Assembly: GCA_964583685.1 (NCBI GenBank)
Contig: CAZOVJ010000001.1
Location: 196,033 to 260,032, forward strand
DNA: 64,000 nt
Reading direction: 5' to 3'
Source: an uncultured Gammaproteobacteria bacterium
GTDB taxonomy: Bacteria; Patescibacteriota; Microgenomatia; UBA8517
Part shown: one piece after another, positions 44,448 to 54,705 of the stretch
How the letters are laid out: each line of letters starts with the position of its first letter
How positions within the stretch are numbered: position 1 is the stretch's first letter
The notes under the pieces: model-generated
What the model was told of the DNA's origin: nothing
Databases searched by the model: none
What the model saw: the letters and a program-made list of their open reading frames with translations, nothing else
Translations under genes and position numbers: made by a program

Positions 44448-46693
44448 TTTATCAATTTTTTCTCTGTCTCGGCTATAACTCCGCGCACCCTATTTATGGC
44501 ATCCAGATTAACCGAAATACTGGAAATTCCTATTTTAACCAAATGTTCAACTAAATCATCATATTCTGATGGAGCTTGTCCGCAAATAGATGAACTTACC
44601 TTATGTTTATTACATAATTTTATCACTCTTTCAAGTGCCCAATAAACAGCGGCTGAGCGTTCATTAAAAGCTTTGGCGACCTCGGCGTTATCTCTATCTG
44701 TTCCTAAAATAAGCATCGAAAGGTCATTTGAACCAATTGAAACACCATCTAATCCCACTTTAATGAAATCTTTTAAAAGAATGACATTGACTGGAAGTTC
44801 AACCATCATCCAAAACTTAAACGAAGGAGATTGGAAAAGCCCTTCTGCAGCCACGAGTTTTCTTACATCAGCTAGTTCCTGAGGAGAGCGAACAAAAGGA
44901 ATCATTAAATAAAGATTTTTGTATTTTTGACGCACTTTTTTAATGGCCGAAAGTTCGAGGTTAAAGACATCTGGCTGGGCTAGGTAACGAAAGGCCCCCC
45001 TAAATCCAAGTAAAGGATTGGGTTCCAGTGGTTCCCACGCTTTCCCCCCTTTTAGCTGTCGGTATTCATTGGTTTTAAAATCTGTTGCCCGATAAACAAT
45101 CGGTCTGGGACTAAATGCTTGGCAAAATCTTGTCAGCCTATCAGTAAGCTTTTTAATGAATTCCTTATGTTTTTTAAGCTTAATCGCTTCTTTGGGATGA
45201 ATTCCAATGTCAGCAATCATAAACTCAGCTCTGAGTAAACCAATCCCATCTACATTGAGTTTGGCTATTTCTTGAGCCCGATCCGGCTCGGCCAGGTTAA
45301 CATAGAGCTTGGTGGCTGTTTTAGTACGAACAATTTTCTCTTTAGCTTTATGGCTGACTTTCAGTTTTATTTTACCGCCGAGAAAAACCTGTCCACTTGA
45401 GCCGTCTACAGTAACGACAAATCCATTTTTAAGTTTTTTAGTTGCCTCTTTTGTTCCGACTACACAGGCTAGGCCCATTTCCCTTGAGACAATGGCTGCG
45501 TGCGAGGTCTGGCCTCCTTGGTCAGTAATGATTGCTACTGCTTTCTTCATGGCTGGGACAAAATCAGGTGAGGTCATGGTGGCCACTAGAACATCACCTT
45601 TTTTGACTTGGTTAATTTCTCTGGTACTCTTAACAATTTTGACATACCCGGTGGCTATTCCCGGACTAGCTGGGCTGCCGCTTAAAATAGGGGTTAAAGC
45701 TAGCTTGGATGCCTTTTCCTTGACCGTCTTGCCAATTGTCGTCACCGGTCTGGTCTGGACTAAAAAAATATTCTTATTGTCTTTGGCCCATTCAGCATCT
45801 TGGGGGAAATAATAATGTTTCTGAAGCTGCTGTCCTAATTTGGCTAATTTGACAATTTCCTGATCGCTTAACTTTTGCCCATTTCTTTTCCTTTGGGGAA
45901 CTTTAACCTTTTTCGTTTTACCTTTTCTTCTGACCAACTGTATTGACTGTTCCGAGACTTCTTTGGAAAGAATATAAAAAGTATCTTTTTGGATAATATA
46001 CTTATCTGGTATTACCAACCCCTGAACTATTAATTCACCCAGGCCCCAAATAGCTTCGATGACAATTCTATCTTTTTCATTAGTAACCGGGTCTATGGTG
46101 AAAAGTACTCCAGAGACTTGCGATTGAATCATTTTTTGGACAATTACCGAAATTTTTACCTTTAGATGGGAAATTTTATTTTCTTCTCGATAAAAAATAG
46201 CTCTGGCAGTAAAAAGGGAGGCAAGGCACTTTCGAACGCTTTCAAGAAGATTGGCTTCTCCCTGAATATTAAGAAAAGTTTCTTGTTGACCAGCAAAAGA
46301 AGCGCTTGGTAAGTCTTCAGCCGTAGCTGATGAGCGAACAGCCAAAAGATTGGTCTTAAAAGGTTTTCTAAGTTGACGGTATCCTTTGATTATTTCTCGA
46401 CTAACCTCGTCAGGAATTTTGCCAGAGAGAATTTTCTTATTAATATTTCTAGAAGCTTGAGTCAACTGGTTGGGATCGTTGGGGTCAACAGTTTTTAAAA
46501 TTTCTCTGATATATTTTTCTAAATTGTTTTCTTTTAAAAATAAATCGTAGGCATGGACAGTAATAGCAAAACCATTGGGAACAGGAAAACCGGCTTTGAC
46601 CATTTCACCCAAGTTAGCAGTTTTTCCACCAACAAGGTTAATATCGTCTTTATCTATTTCCTTAAAGAAGACTATAAGTGGGTGGGCAGACAT
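44444..46693 (-). CDS. ppsA: phosphoenolpyruvate synthase
   Basis: VRSSATAED, SFAGQ, TSHAAIVSRE, SIGSNDL, ICGQ. Confidence 0.93.
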   Translation of the reverse strand: MSAHPLIVFFKEIDKDDINLVGGKTANLGEMVKAGFPVPNGFAITVHAYDLFLKENNLEKYIREILKTVDPNDPNQLTQASRNINKKILSGKIPDEVSREIIKGYRQLRKPFKTNLLAVRSSATAEDLPSASFAGQQETFLNIQGEANLLESVRKCLASLFTARAIFYREENKISHLKVKISVIVQKMIQSQVSGVLFTIDPVTNEKDRIVIEAIWGLGELIVQGLVIPDKYIIQKDTFYILSKEVSEQSIQLVRRKGKTKKVKVPQRKRNGQKLSDQEIVKLAKLGQQLQKHYYFPQDAEWAKDNKNIFLVQTRPVTTIGKTVKEKASKLALTPILSGSPASPGIATGYVKIVKSTREINQVKKGDVLVATMTSPDFVPAMKKAVAIITDQGGQTSHAAIVSREMGLACVVGTKEATKKLKNGFVVTVDGSSGQVFLGGKIKLKVSHKAKEKIVRTKTATKLYVNLAEPDRAQEIAKLNVDGIGLLRAEFMIADIGIHPKEAIKLKKHKEFIKKLTDRLTRFCQAFSPRPIVYRATDFKTNEYRQLKGGKAWEPLEPNPLLGFRGAFRYLAQPDVFNLELSAIKKVRQKYKNLYLMIPFVRSPQELADVRKLVAAEGLFQSPSFKFWMMVELPVNVILLKDFIKVGLDGVSIGSNDLSMLILGTDRDNAEVAKAFNERSAAVYWALERVIKLCNKHKVSSSICGQAPSEYDDLVEHLVKIGISSISVNLDAINRVRGVIAETEKKLIK

Positions 46694-46735
46694 AATTTCA
46701 TAATAATCTATTAAAGGAAGGGTAACAAGCTTCAA

Positions 46736-47806
46736 CTACTGGTCCAGTTTTTGTTTGAAATAATCAACCCAGGGAATTGGTAAGGGGTCAATGTTATAAA
46801 GCATGGCCAAATAAAAACTGACGAACGAACCAAAAACCAGGATTTCAAAGATTTGTTCAAGTTTTTTATCTGACCTTGATAAATAGGTTCTAAATGGTAT
46901 TTCATTTTTTTCAACTACATCCTTGGTCACAGCATATCTTTTTCTTATCTGAGGAGAATAAAGCTTTGATTCCAAGAAAAGAAAATTGAGAAACTTTTTC
47001 GCTGGGGCCGGATTTCTCAATCCTTCCATGAGATGGTGATTAAGCTCAGGAATATCAAAAAGGACGGAAAAGGTTTTCGAGCTTTCATTTAACTGATTTT
47101 TAAAGGTATGAGCACTTCCCACCAGGTGTTCGCTAGCAATCAAGACCGGGATTCCCCCATATAGATTTTTGGCCATTCTCTTAGGCAAATTTTTTTCTTC
47201 GGATTCCTGAACACCAAATTCCTTTATAAATTTTTGGCATGTTTCAATGGCCTCTTGGATATCCTGGTCATAAATAGACAAAAATTCGCATCTCGCCAAA
47301 ATAGATAGACAGGCGGCGATAGAATAACCAAGGCCCATTCTAGGCTGTTTTGAAGGATTTGCTCGTGGCTTAAGAATATAGCCGGCCAGGTTCTCTTTTC
47401 TCAAAAACTCGGCTAATTTACCGCCAGTTGTAATAACAAAAATTTTGGCATTTTTCTTTAGAGCCTCGCGGGCCATGGAAAGCGCCTCTTCAGTATTCCC
47501 TGAGTAGGAAGAGACAATTACCAATGTTTGGGAGCTAACATAATTGGGAAGGTGATATTCGGTGAAAACCTCAACAGGCACCCTCACTCGGTCAGTGATG
47601 AGAGAATCAATAATCCTTCCGCCTAAGCTAGACCCTCCCATTCCCGAGATAACAATGTTTTTGGCTAAATAACATGCTTGGGGAAGATTCAATTTCTTAA
47701 CTTCCTGCCAGGATTGTTCTATTTGTTCAGGCAGTCTTTTAATAGACTGAAGAACTTTGCCTTTGTCTAACTTTTTGATCTTTTTTTCCCAATCAAGATT
47801 AATCAT
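46736..47806 (-). CDS. bifunctional phosphoglucose/phosphomannose isomerase (SIS)
   Basis: GMGGS, SYSGNTEE, QPR, NESSK, PELNH. Confidence 0.88.
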   Translation of the reverse strand: MINLDWEKKIKKLDKGKVLQSIKRLPEQIEQSWQEVKKLNLPQACYLAKNIVISGMGGSSLGGRIIDSLITDRVRVPVEVFTEYHLPNYVSSQTLVIVSSYSGNTEEALSMAREALKKNAKIFVITTGGKLAEFLRKENLAGYILKPRANPSKQPRMGLGYSIAACLSILARCEFLSIYDQDIQEAIETCQKFIKEFGVQESEEKNLPKRMAKNLYGGIPVLIASEHLVGSAHTFKNQLNESSKTFSVLFDIPELNHHLMEGLRNPAPAKKFLNFLFLESKLYSPQIRKRYAVTKDVVEKNEIPFRTYLSRSDKKLEQIFEILVFGSFVSFYLAMLYNIDPLPIPWVDYFKQKLDQ

Positions 47807-49148
47807 TTGATGAAACAACACTTTTGACAAGCTCAAGACCCTTTTTAAGCAATTCCTTAGATTTCTTTTCTGATTCACTTTCGCTAAAAACCCTAAATTC
47901 AGGAGCATTTTTCGATGAGCGAAATAGTATCCAAGTGTTATTGTCAAGCCATATTTTCAATCCATCTATTTCCTCAATTCTTTCTCCTTTAAATTGCTTT
48001 TTGGCTTCTTGAATAATTTTATCTTTAAGTTCCCATTGATAATCAACCTTAGTTCTGAACACATAGAACTTAGGTAATTGATTAACCATTTCTGAAAAAG
48101 TACCCTTAAATTCTGAAAAGAGATTGAGAATTTTCATGGTCATGGAGCCTCCGTCCCTGGTGTACATAATATCTGCCCAAATTGCACCGCCATTTGGTTC
48201 AAAGCCAAAAGAGGTACTCACCTCTTTCATTTTAGCTATTACATAGGGTGAACCAACTTTTGTTCTTATCACTTTTTTTCCAAGGTTATCAACAACCTGC
48301 GAAGCACTGATTGTTGTCACCAATACATTTCCTGATGAATTCTTGGCAATTAAACTACAAGAATATTCACCCTGTACAAAACTTCCCTTTTCATCTACAA
48401 AGACCACCCTGTCTCCATCTCCGTCAAAAGCGATCCCAAAATCACAAGCCTCCTTTTTTACTATTTTTTTAAGCTCTTCTAATTTGGCTTTATCATCAGT
48501 ATCCGTGTCTCTGGCAATAAAATTCTTTTGGGGATTACAGTTGACCTCAATAACCTGTAAGCCTAAGTTTCTTAATAGTTCGGGCATGATGAGTGACTGG
48601 CAACCATTGGCACAATCCAGGCAGACCTTCCATCTGGGCAATGGTTTAACAATTAACTTGAAAAGCATCTCAAAATAAAGTTGGCGGGCTCGCGATTCCA
48701 GATGAACGGTGGGAAAAAGTTTAGGAGGCTTTTCTTTATTTTTTATCTTTAGATAAATATTTTCAATTTCCTTTTGGTCTTTTAAGGAGATCTCTTCGTT
48801 ATGAGCATAAAATTTGAGACCATTAAGTTCAGGAGCAATATGACTGCCGGTTACCATGATGCTAGCCGCTATTGGAGTTGCTTTTATCAACCAGTTCAAA
48901 GAGGGAACAGGGGTAACTCCTTCATCAAAAAGCTTAACCTTTCCTGTTGCCAGGCCTTTAAATACTTGCTTTTTAATTCTTGGGCTTGATTTTCTCGGGT
49001 CCATACCGACAGCAATTGGCCCAAGAAGTCTGTTTTGTTTAAGAAACTCAATAAAAGTTTTAGCAATATCAAAGCAAAATTGTTCAGTAAGGAAAGTATC
49101 AACAGGCCCGCGTATACCACTGGTGCCAAAAAGAGATTTTTTTTGCAT
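47799..49148 (-). CDS. phosphoglucomutase/phosphomannomutase family
   Basis: FGTSGIRG, TGSH, FDGDGDR. Confidence 0.92.
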   Translation of the reverse strand: MQKKSLFGTSGIRGPVDTFLTEQFCFDIAKTFIEFLKQNRLLGPIAVGMDPRKSSPRIKKQVFKGLATGKVKLFDEGVTPVPSLNWLIKATPIAASIMVTGSHIAPELNGLKFYAHNEEISLKDQKEIENIYLKIKNKEKPPKLFPTVHLESRARQLYFEMLFKLIVKPLPRWKVCLDCANGCQSLIMPELLRNLGLQVIEVNCNPQKNFIARDTDTDDKAKLEELKKIVKKEACDFGIAFDGDGDRVVFVDEKGSFVQGEYSCSLIAKNSSGNVLVTTISASQVVDNLGKKVIRTKVGSPYVIAKMKEVSTSFGFEPNGGAIWADIMYTRDGGSMTMKILNLFSEFKGTFSEMVNQLPKFYVFRTKVDYQWELKDKIIQEAKKQFKGERIEEIDGLKIWLDNNTWILFRSSKNAPEFRVFSESESEKKSKELLKKGLELVKSVVSSND

Positions 49149-49152
49149 ACCT

Positions 49153-49830
49153 TTATTCTAATTTCGAACTAATTAAAAGGTCAAGAGAAATAGCCAAGGA
49201 AACTTTAGATGTTTTTGCCTTTATGTCTATATCTGAAAGTTGGTTAATGATTTCTTTTAGATGTTTTCTTGAAAACTTAGATGCCTGTTTTTTTAACCTT
49301 TGCAAACGCCAGGCCGGGTAATTTAAGGTTTCAGGTTCAATTTTTGTCCAATATAGGTCTCGGAAATATCTTCCAGACAAAGCAAAAATAAATTCAATTG
49401 GTTCAAATTCAAGTAATTGGTGAAGTAAAATAAGAGCTTTTTGAGAGTTTCCTGGATAAAGCGAAGCAAAAAAGGTAAAAATTATCTTGGGTAGATCAAA
49501 ATTTTCCACCTTTGTATCCTTAGGTAGTGCTTTTTTTAATTTTTGAGAAGCCCGGCCCTTTTGCCAAAGAAGTAAATGGGCAGGCAGATAAGAATCATTA
49601 TTGGAAAGCTGGGAAAGGTCGGAAGAAGAAAGCTTATTTGCTTCTTCCACAACATAGAGCATTTGATTTTGGAATAGTGAAGCTAGTCTTAGCTTTTCAA
49701 CTAAACTAAATTTATCTTTTGTTGAGATTCTGATAATTTCCCAATTTTTTTTCTTAGCCGAAGTGATAATTTCAAGAAACCGTTTTCTAGAAGGTACCGT
49801 ATGTTCTCCCTGAATTAAGATAACTTTCAT
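49153..49830 (-). CDS. holA: DNA polymerase III delta subunit-like (short)
   Basis: C-terminal L..ID...KT motif and IF.F pattern. Confidence 0.65.
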   Translation of the reverse strand: MKVILIQGEHTVPSRKRFLEIITSAKKKNWEIIRISTKDKFSLVEKLRLASLFQNQMLYVVEEANKLSSSDLSQLSNNDSYLPAHLLLWQKGRASQKLKKALPKDTKVENFDLPKIIFTFFASLYPGNSQKALILLHQLLEFEPIEFIFALSGRYFRDLYWTKIEPETLNYPAWRLQRLKKQASKFSRKHLKEIINQLSDIDIKAKTSKVSLAISLDLLISSKLE

Positions 49831-50249
49831 TTATTTATCTTTCGATAATTTTCCATCATCTTTCTTAATTTATCTTGAAAATTGCCTGTTCCTTTCCTTC
49901 TATGCGGAAATAAAGCACCGGAAAAAGTTTTTGGTATATGGCAAAGTTCATGTAAAAGCACCTTTTCCTTTTCGGACTCCTTTATTTTATCAAACTTTTC
50001 AGAAATTACCTCGATGATATAGCCAGGATTTTGTTTTAGAGCTTTTTGCCAGATTCTAGGTAATCCCCAAATTCGTGCGCAGGCACGCGTTTTACTATTT
50101 GTTGACCTGAAGCCGTAAACTTGCGACTTTTTAACCCAAGAAAGCCCAAGAGAAGTTACTAAACGATTTATTCTTTGCTGTATATCAGGAGCAGAAACCC
50201 AATCAATTTTCTTAATTCGGCTCTTTTTAAACCTTGTATACCTCGGCAC
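49827..50249 (-). CDS. putative zinc metallopeptidase
   Basis: ARIWGL, LHELCHIP..FSGAL. Confidence 0.8.
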   Translation of the reverse strand: MPRYTRFKKSRIKKIDWVSAPDIQQRINRLVTSLGLSWVKKSQVYGFRSTNSKTRACARIWGLPRIWQKALKQNPGYIIEVISEKFDKIKESEKEKVLLHELCHIPKTFSGALFPHRRKGTGNFQDKLRKMMENYRKINK

Positions 50250-50478
50250 CCTCTTTTACCTCCTTATCTACCTTTAAACCGATAAAATCGCCTTTTTTAG
50301 CTGATTTAACTTGTTTATGTTCAATTTGTATAGATGTTACTTCCTGCTCAAAAAGGTCTTCTCCTCCTCTTTTAAAAATAATCTTATCCCCTATAGACAA
50401 GCTTGCACCTAACTCAATAATAGCAACACCTATCTTATCGTAAAAATGGGTAATTTTACCTATTTTAAGATCAGCCAT
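50227..50478 (-). CDS. translation-factor-like small beta-barrel protein
   Basis: IGKITHFYDKIGVA, SIQIEH..V..AKKG..IGLKV. Confidence 0.75.
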   Translation of the reverse strand: MADLKIGKITHFYDKIGVAIIELGASLSIGDKIIFKRGGEDLFEQEVTSIQIEHKQVKSAKKGDFIGLKVDKEVKEGAEVYKV

Positions 50479-50484
50479 TAATCT

Positions 50485-50988
50485 TCACCTCCTTTCTTTC
50501 TCTTGGAGCTGAAAAACATGACATAGAGCTACAGCCAAAGCATCAGCTGCATTATCAAAGTGGGTTTTTTGATGCACCCTGCTTCTCACTTTCGGTCCAA
50601 GAACGTTTCTTAAGGATTTTTGGATATCTTTTTTATTAGCTTTCCCGTTTCCGGCCACAATTTTTTTTATGGTTTTAGGTGCATATTCAGCCACTTTAGT
50701 TTTATTTTTAGCCGCACTAAAAAGAATCACTCCCAGTGCTTGACCCACCCGCATGGCTGTTTTTGCATTAGCAGCAAAAAAGAGCTTCTCAACAGCCATT
50801 ATGTCAGGCTTGAACTTTTTAATAATTGTCCCCATTTGTTTGTAGATATCGGCAAGCCTTATTTCAGGGGCTCCGTTTTTATCGGTTTCAATCAATCCGA
50901 ATTCAACAACTTGATAATTGTCTTTATTAACATCAATCACGCCGTATCCAGTGGTTGCCGTTCCCGGGTCAATTCCCAAAACAATCAT
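50485..50988 (-). CDS. ruvC: Holliday junction resolvase RuvC
   Basis: LGIDPG, AVE.LFF, DNAADALAVA. Confidence 0.93.
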   Translation of the reverse strand: MIVLGIDPGTATTGYGVIDVNKDNYQVVEFGLIETDKNGAPEIRLADIYKQMGTIIKKFKPDIMAVEKLFFAANAKTAMRVGQALGVILFSAAKNKTKVAEYAPKTIKKIVAGNGKANKKDIQKSLRNVLGPKVRSRVHQKTHFDNAADALAVALCHVFQLQEKERR

Positions 50989-51344
50989 TTCTTTTTTGCC
51001 TCTTCTCTGTGTTTCGAACGAGTGTAGATTTTTTCCACTTCACGTTTGCTTATTTTCCGAGTATAGTAAAGCTTCGCTCTTCTTACGCCCCGAGTTCCTC
51101 TTCTAACTACTTCAAGTTTCTCAATGATAGTAGCTGCCAAAGGAAAAATTCTTTCAATTCCTATTTTCTGGGAACCTATTCTTCTCAGAGTAAAAGATTT
51201 GCCTGGGCCTCTTCCTTTAATCCCAATTACCATTCCCTCAAAGACTTGCTTTCGCGTTTTGTCTCCTTCTTTAGTCTTGAGGTAAAGACGAATAGTATCT
51301 CCTACACCGAATTCTGTTTCCCCGTGTTTTCCTTTTAAGCTCAT
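50985..51344 (-). CDS. rplS: 50S ribosomal protein L19
   Basis: GDT, QVFEG, GIERIFP, VRRAKLYY. Confidence 0.93.
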   Translation of the reverse strand: MSLKGKHGETEFGVGDTIRLYLKTKEGDKTRKQVFEGMVIGIKGRGPGKSFTLRRIGSQKIGIERIFPLAATIIEKLEVVRRGTRGVRRAKLYYTRKISKREVEKIYTRSKHREEAKKK

Positions 51345-51376
51345 AGAAGAATTATAGCTTAGAAATTGGTACTTCT

Positions 51377-54300
51377 TCAAGAACCTTCTCTTTGTTTTTT
51401 GATGCTTTCGAGGGTTTCAACAGATTCAAGAATCAAGTTTGTTGACTCTTCCCTATTGTCAGTTCTTCCTTGAACTAAAACACATTTATAATCTACCCAG
51501 ATTTCTTTGGTTGTTGCAAAAATTTTGGGAAAAACAATTACATCAAGACTACCGGTTTCATCTTCAACTTTAACAAAAGCCATTTCCTGTCTAGAGCGCT
51601 TGGTAATGACTGTTTTCACCCCGGTTATCACCCCAGCTATTTTAATTATCTCACCCTGTGTCTGATCTGGAAAAATCTCATTAATCCGATGAGTGGAATA
51701 GCTTAAAAGAGGACTGATAATTTCAGATAAGGGCTTACTAGAAAGAGATAATCCCAAGAGCTGTCGCTCCAATTTTTGTATCTCTTCTTCTGAAAACTCA
51801 CGAATTTCTGGGGCTACCTGTCCCTGGGGATTAGTTCCTGGTTTCTCTATTTCTCCCTGAGAAAAGAAATCCTGTTGACCCCGAGCAACTTTGCTTTTAG
51901 TTTTTGCTCTAATTTTATCCATTGAGGAAAGCAGGCCTGCTCTTGAACCAAAGTCAGATAAGGCACCAACTTTTATTAAGCTTTCTAAGACTTTTTTATT
52001 TACTCTCCGAGCATCGACCCTGGTGCAGAAATCGGCCGCAGAAATAAATTTACCCAATTTTCGTCCTTCCAAAATAGCCTCAATGGCTGCTTTACCTACG
52101 TGTTTGATGGCATTCAGACCAAAGCGTATTGCTTTATTGTCTAATGACTTCTTGTCGGCGACAACTTTAAAATCAACCCAGCTTTCATTTATATCAGGTG
52201 GCAATACATTAATTCCTATCCGGCGGCATTCATTAACTGCCGCGGAAATCTTTTCCAAATCACGAGACTCTGCCGTTAATAAGGCACACATAAATTCAAT
52301 TGGGTAATTAGCTTTCATATAGGCACTCCGATAGGCAAGCATTCCATAAGAGGCTGCATGAGCTTTGTTAAAACCGTAACCAGAAAATGGCTCAATAAGG
52401 CTAAAAAGCTCCTCTGCTTTCTTTTTTTCTAACCCTCCTTTAATAGCTCCTTGAATAAACTTTTTTTTCTGTCTCTCCATTTCTTCGGGAATTTTCTTAC
52501 CGACTGCTTTTCTAAACTTATCAGCTTCCTCCCATGTATAACCAGCTATCTTGATGGCCGTTGTAAAAACATCATCCTGGTAAACCAAAAGGCCATATGA
52601 TTTTTGTAAGTACTCTTTCATTCGAGGGTCAAAATATTTAATTTTACTGGGGTTATTTTTTCTTTCGATATATTCGGGGATATGGGCAATAGGCCCTGGT
52701 CTATATAATGCAACCATGGCCATAATATCCTCAATTCTATTTGGCTTAAGCTCTTTTAAATATCTGGTCATTCCTGACCCTGAGAGCTGGAAAACACCCA
52801 TAGTTTCCCCATGAGCAAGCTTATCAAAGGTTTTTTTATCCTTTAAGGAAATCTTATGAATATCAATTTTTTTGCCATAGGTTTTTTCTACAATTTTTAT
52901 GGTTGACCCTAGGATTGATAGATTTCTTAATCCCAAAAGATCAAATTTGAGCAAGCCGACAGCTGCGCCGGGAGAAACGTTTGGGTCTAGGGCATCCATG
53001 TCGTATTGAGTAATGACTCGTTTACCTTCTGGGTCTAATTGGATTGGTGTGAAATTTGTTATTTTTTTGGGAGCGATAACCAAACCGGCTGCATGAACAG
53101 AGATATGTCTGGCATTACCCTCTAATTGTCGGGCTAAATCAATAACGCTCCTTGAATCAGAGTCAGATTGATAAAGCATTTTCAGTCCAAGAGAGAGCTT
53201 TATAGCCCTGTTAATATTCATCGGATGTCCCTGTGAGCCAAGGGGAATAAGCTTGGCAATCTGATCTCCGGTGCTGTATGGATAACCTAAAACTCGAGCA
53301 ACATCTCTAACCGAAGCCCTAGCAAGCATTCGGCCAAAAGTACATATTTGAGCTACATGATCAATGCCATACTTTCCAGTTATATAGTTAATTACTTCCT
53401 CTCTTCGATTATCGGCAATATCAAAATCTACATCAGGAGGAGAAGGTCTCCAGGGAGTCAAAAATCTCTCAAAAGGCAAATCATAATCTAGAGGATTGAT
53501 ATTGATAATACCCAGGGCATATGAAACCAATGATCCGGCAGCCGAACCTCGAGTATTGGTGGCAATTTCCTTTTTCTTGGTCCACCGGGCTATATCGGCC
53601 ACTATCAAAAAATAGGTTGAATATCCTTTTTGGGTAATGATATCCAGTTCATACTTGATTCTCTTCTTAATCCTTGGCGTCATTTTTTTCACTCGCCGAC
53701 GGATTCCAGACCAAGTTTGATCCCTTAATTCTTTATCCGCACTTTTACCTTTTTGCAGTTTATATTCTGGGAAAAACCATTTGTTCAAAGTAATTGAAAC
53801 ATGGCATTTTTCGGCTATCTTAAGCGTGTTTTCCAGGGCTTCAGGAAGATCGGAAAAAAGTTTGGCCATCTCTTGAGGTGTTTTTATATAAAATGTAGGT
53901 GTATCAATATAGCGCAAGCGTTTGATATCATTGACATTTTTTGCCGTGGCAATACAAACCAGGGCATCTTGGGCATGTGCATCTTCTTGTCTGACATAAT
54001 GGGCATCATTGGTAGCTATAATAGGCACTCCTAATTCTCGACTGAGTTTAATTATTCCCTCTGAGATGATTTTTTCATCCTCTGCTTGTTTAAGGACATT
54101 TTGGCGAATTTCCAGGTTTTCGATTCCATCAACATACTGGCTAAATTGATGTCTTTGTATTTCTAGGTAGTAATCTTTACCAAAAACATCTAAATACCAA
54201 TTAATGATTTTTTTTGCCTCCAAATAATTTCCCACAATAAGAGCCTGAGGTACTTCTCCTCTAGAGCAGCCGGAAGTACAGATTAGACCTTTCGAGTACT

Positions 54301-54682
54301 TGGCAAGGGTTTTTTTGTCTATTCTTGGCCGATAGTAAAAACCTTCAATATGAGCAATTGAAGTTAATTTCATTAAATTTGCATAACCCCTTTTGTCCTT
54401 AGCTAGAAGAACTTGGTGATAATTTGGAGTTCTTTTTTTGCTATCTTTGATTTTATGGTCAATGTTGGTTATATACCCCTCGATCCCGATTATTGGTTTT
54501 ATGTGTCGTTTTAAGGCCTTTTGATAAAATTCAATTACTCCATACATTACCCCGTGGTCAGTGATAGCTAGGGCATCCATCCCGTTCTTTTTAACATAAC
54601 TTAGAAGATCATCTATTTTTGATAAACCATCCAGAAGAGAATATTCAGTATGAACATGGAGATGGACAAACTTAGCAGACAT
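51377..54682 (-). CDS. dnaE: DNA polymerase III alpha subunit
   Basis: HLHVHTEYSLLDG, RGSAAGS, PDVDFD, FNKAHA. Confidence 0.97.
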   Translation of the reverse strand: MSAKFVHLHVHTEYSLLDGLSKIDDLLSYVKKNGMDALAITDHGVMYGVIEFYQKALKRHIKPIIGIEGYITNIDHKIKDSKKRTPNYHQVLLAKDKRGYANLMKLTSIAHIEGFYYRPRIDKKTLAKYSKGLICTSGCSRGEVPQALIVGNYLEAKKIINWYLDVFGKDYYLEIQRHQFSQYVDGIENLEIRQNVLKQAEDEKIISEGIIKLSRELGVPIIATNDAHYVRQEDAHAQDALVCIATAKNVNDIKRLRYIDTPTFYIKTPQEMAKLFSDLPEALENTLKIAEKCHVSITLNKWFFPEYKLQKGKSADKELRDQTWSGIRRRVKKMTPRIKKRIKYELDIITQKGYSTYFLIVADIARWTKKKEIATNTRGSAAGSLVSYALGIININPLDYDLPFERFLTPWRPSPPDVDFDIADNRREEVINYITGKYGIDHVAQICTFGRMLARASVRDVARVLGYPYSTGDQIAKLIPLGSQGHPMNINRAIKLSLGLKMLYQSDSDSRSVIDLARQLEGNARHISVHAAGLVIAPKKITNFTPIQLDPEGKRVITQYDMDALDPNVSPGAAVGLLKFDLLGLRNLSILGSTIKIVEKTYGKKIDIHKISLKDKKTFDKLAHGETMGVFQLSGSGMTRYLKELKPNRIEDIMAMVALYRPGPIAHIPEYIERKNNPSKIKYFDPRMKEYLQKSYGLLVYQDDVFTTAIKIAGYTWEEADKFRKAVGKKIPEEMERQKKKFIQGAIKGGLEKKKAEELFSLIEPFSGYGFNKAHAASYGMLAYRSAYMKANYPIEFMCALLTAESRDLEKISAAVNECRRIGINVLPPDINESWVDFKVVADKKSLDNKAIRFGLNAIKHVGKAAIEAILEGRKLGKFISAADFCTRVDARRVNKKVLESLIKVGALSDFGSRAGLLSSMDKIRAKTKSKVARGQQDFFSQGEIEKPGTNPQGQVAPEIREFSEEEIQKLERQLLGLSLSSKPLSEIISPLLSYSTHRINEIFPDQTQGEIIKIAGVITGVKTVITKRSRQEMAFVKVEDETGSLDVIVFPKIFATTKEIWVDYKCVLVQGRTDNREESTNLILESVETLESIKKQREGS

Positions 54683-54705
54683 AATCTAATAATATTACAA
54701 TAATT

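Noticed and set aside
51377-54682. Intein or split in dnaE
   Set aside because: Length and motif order fit an uninterrupted alpha subunit; no intein terminal motifs seen
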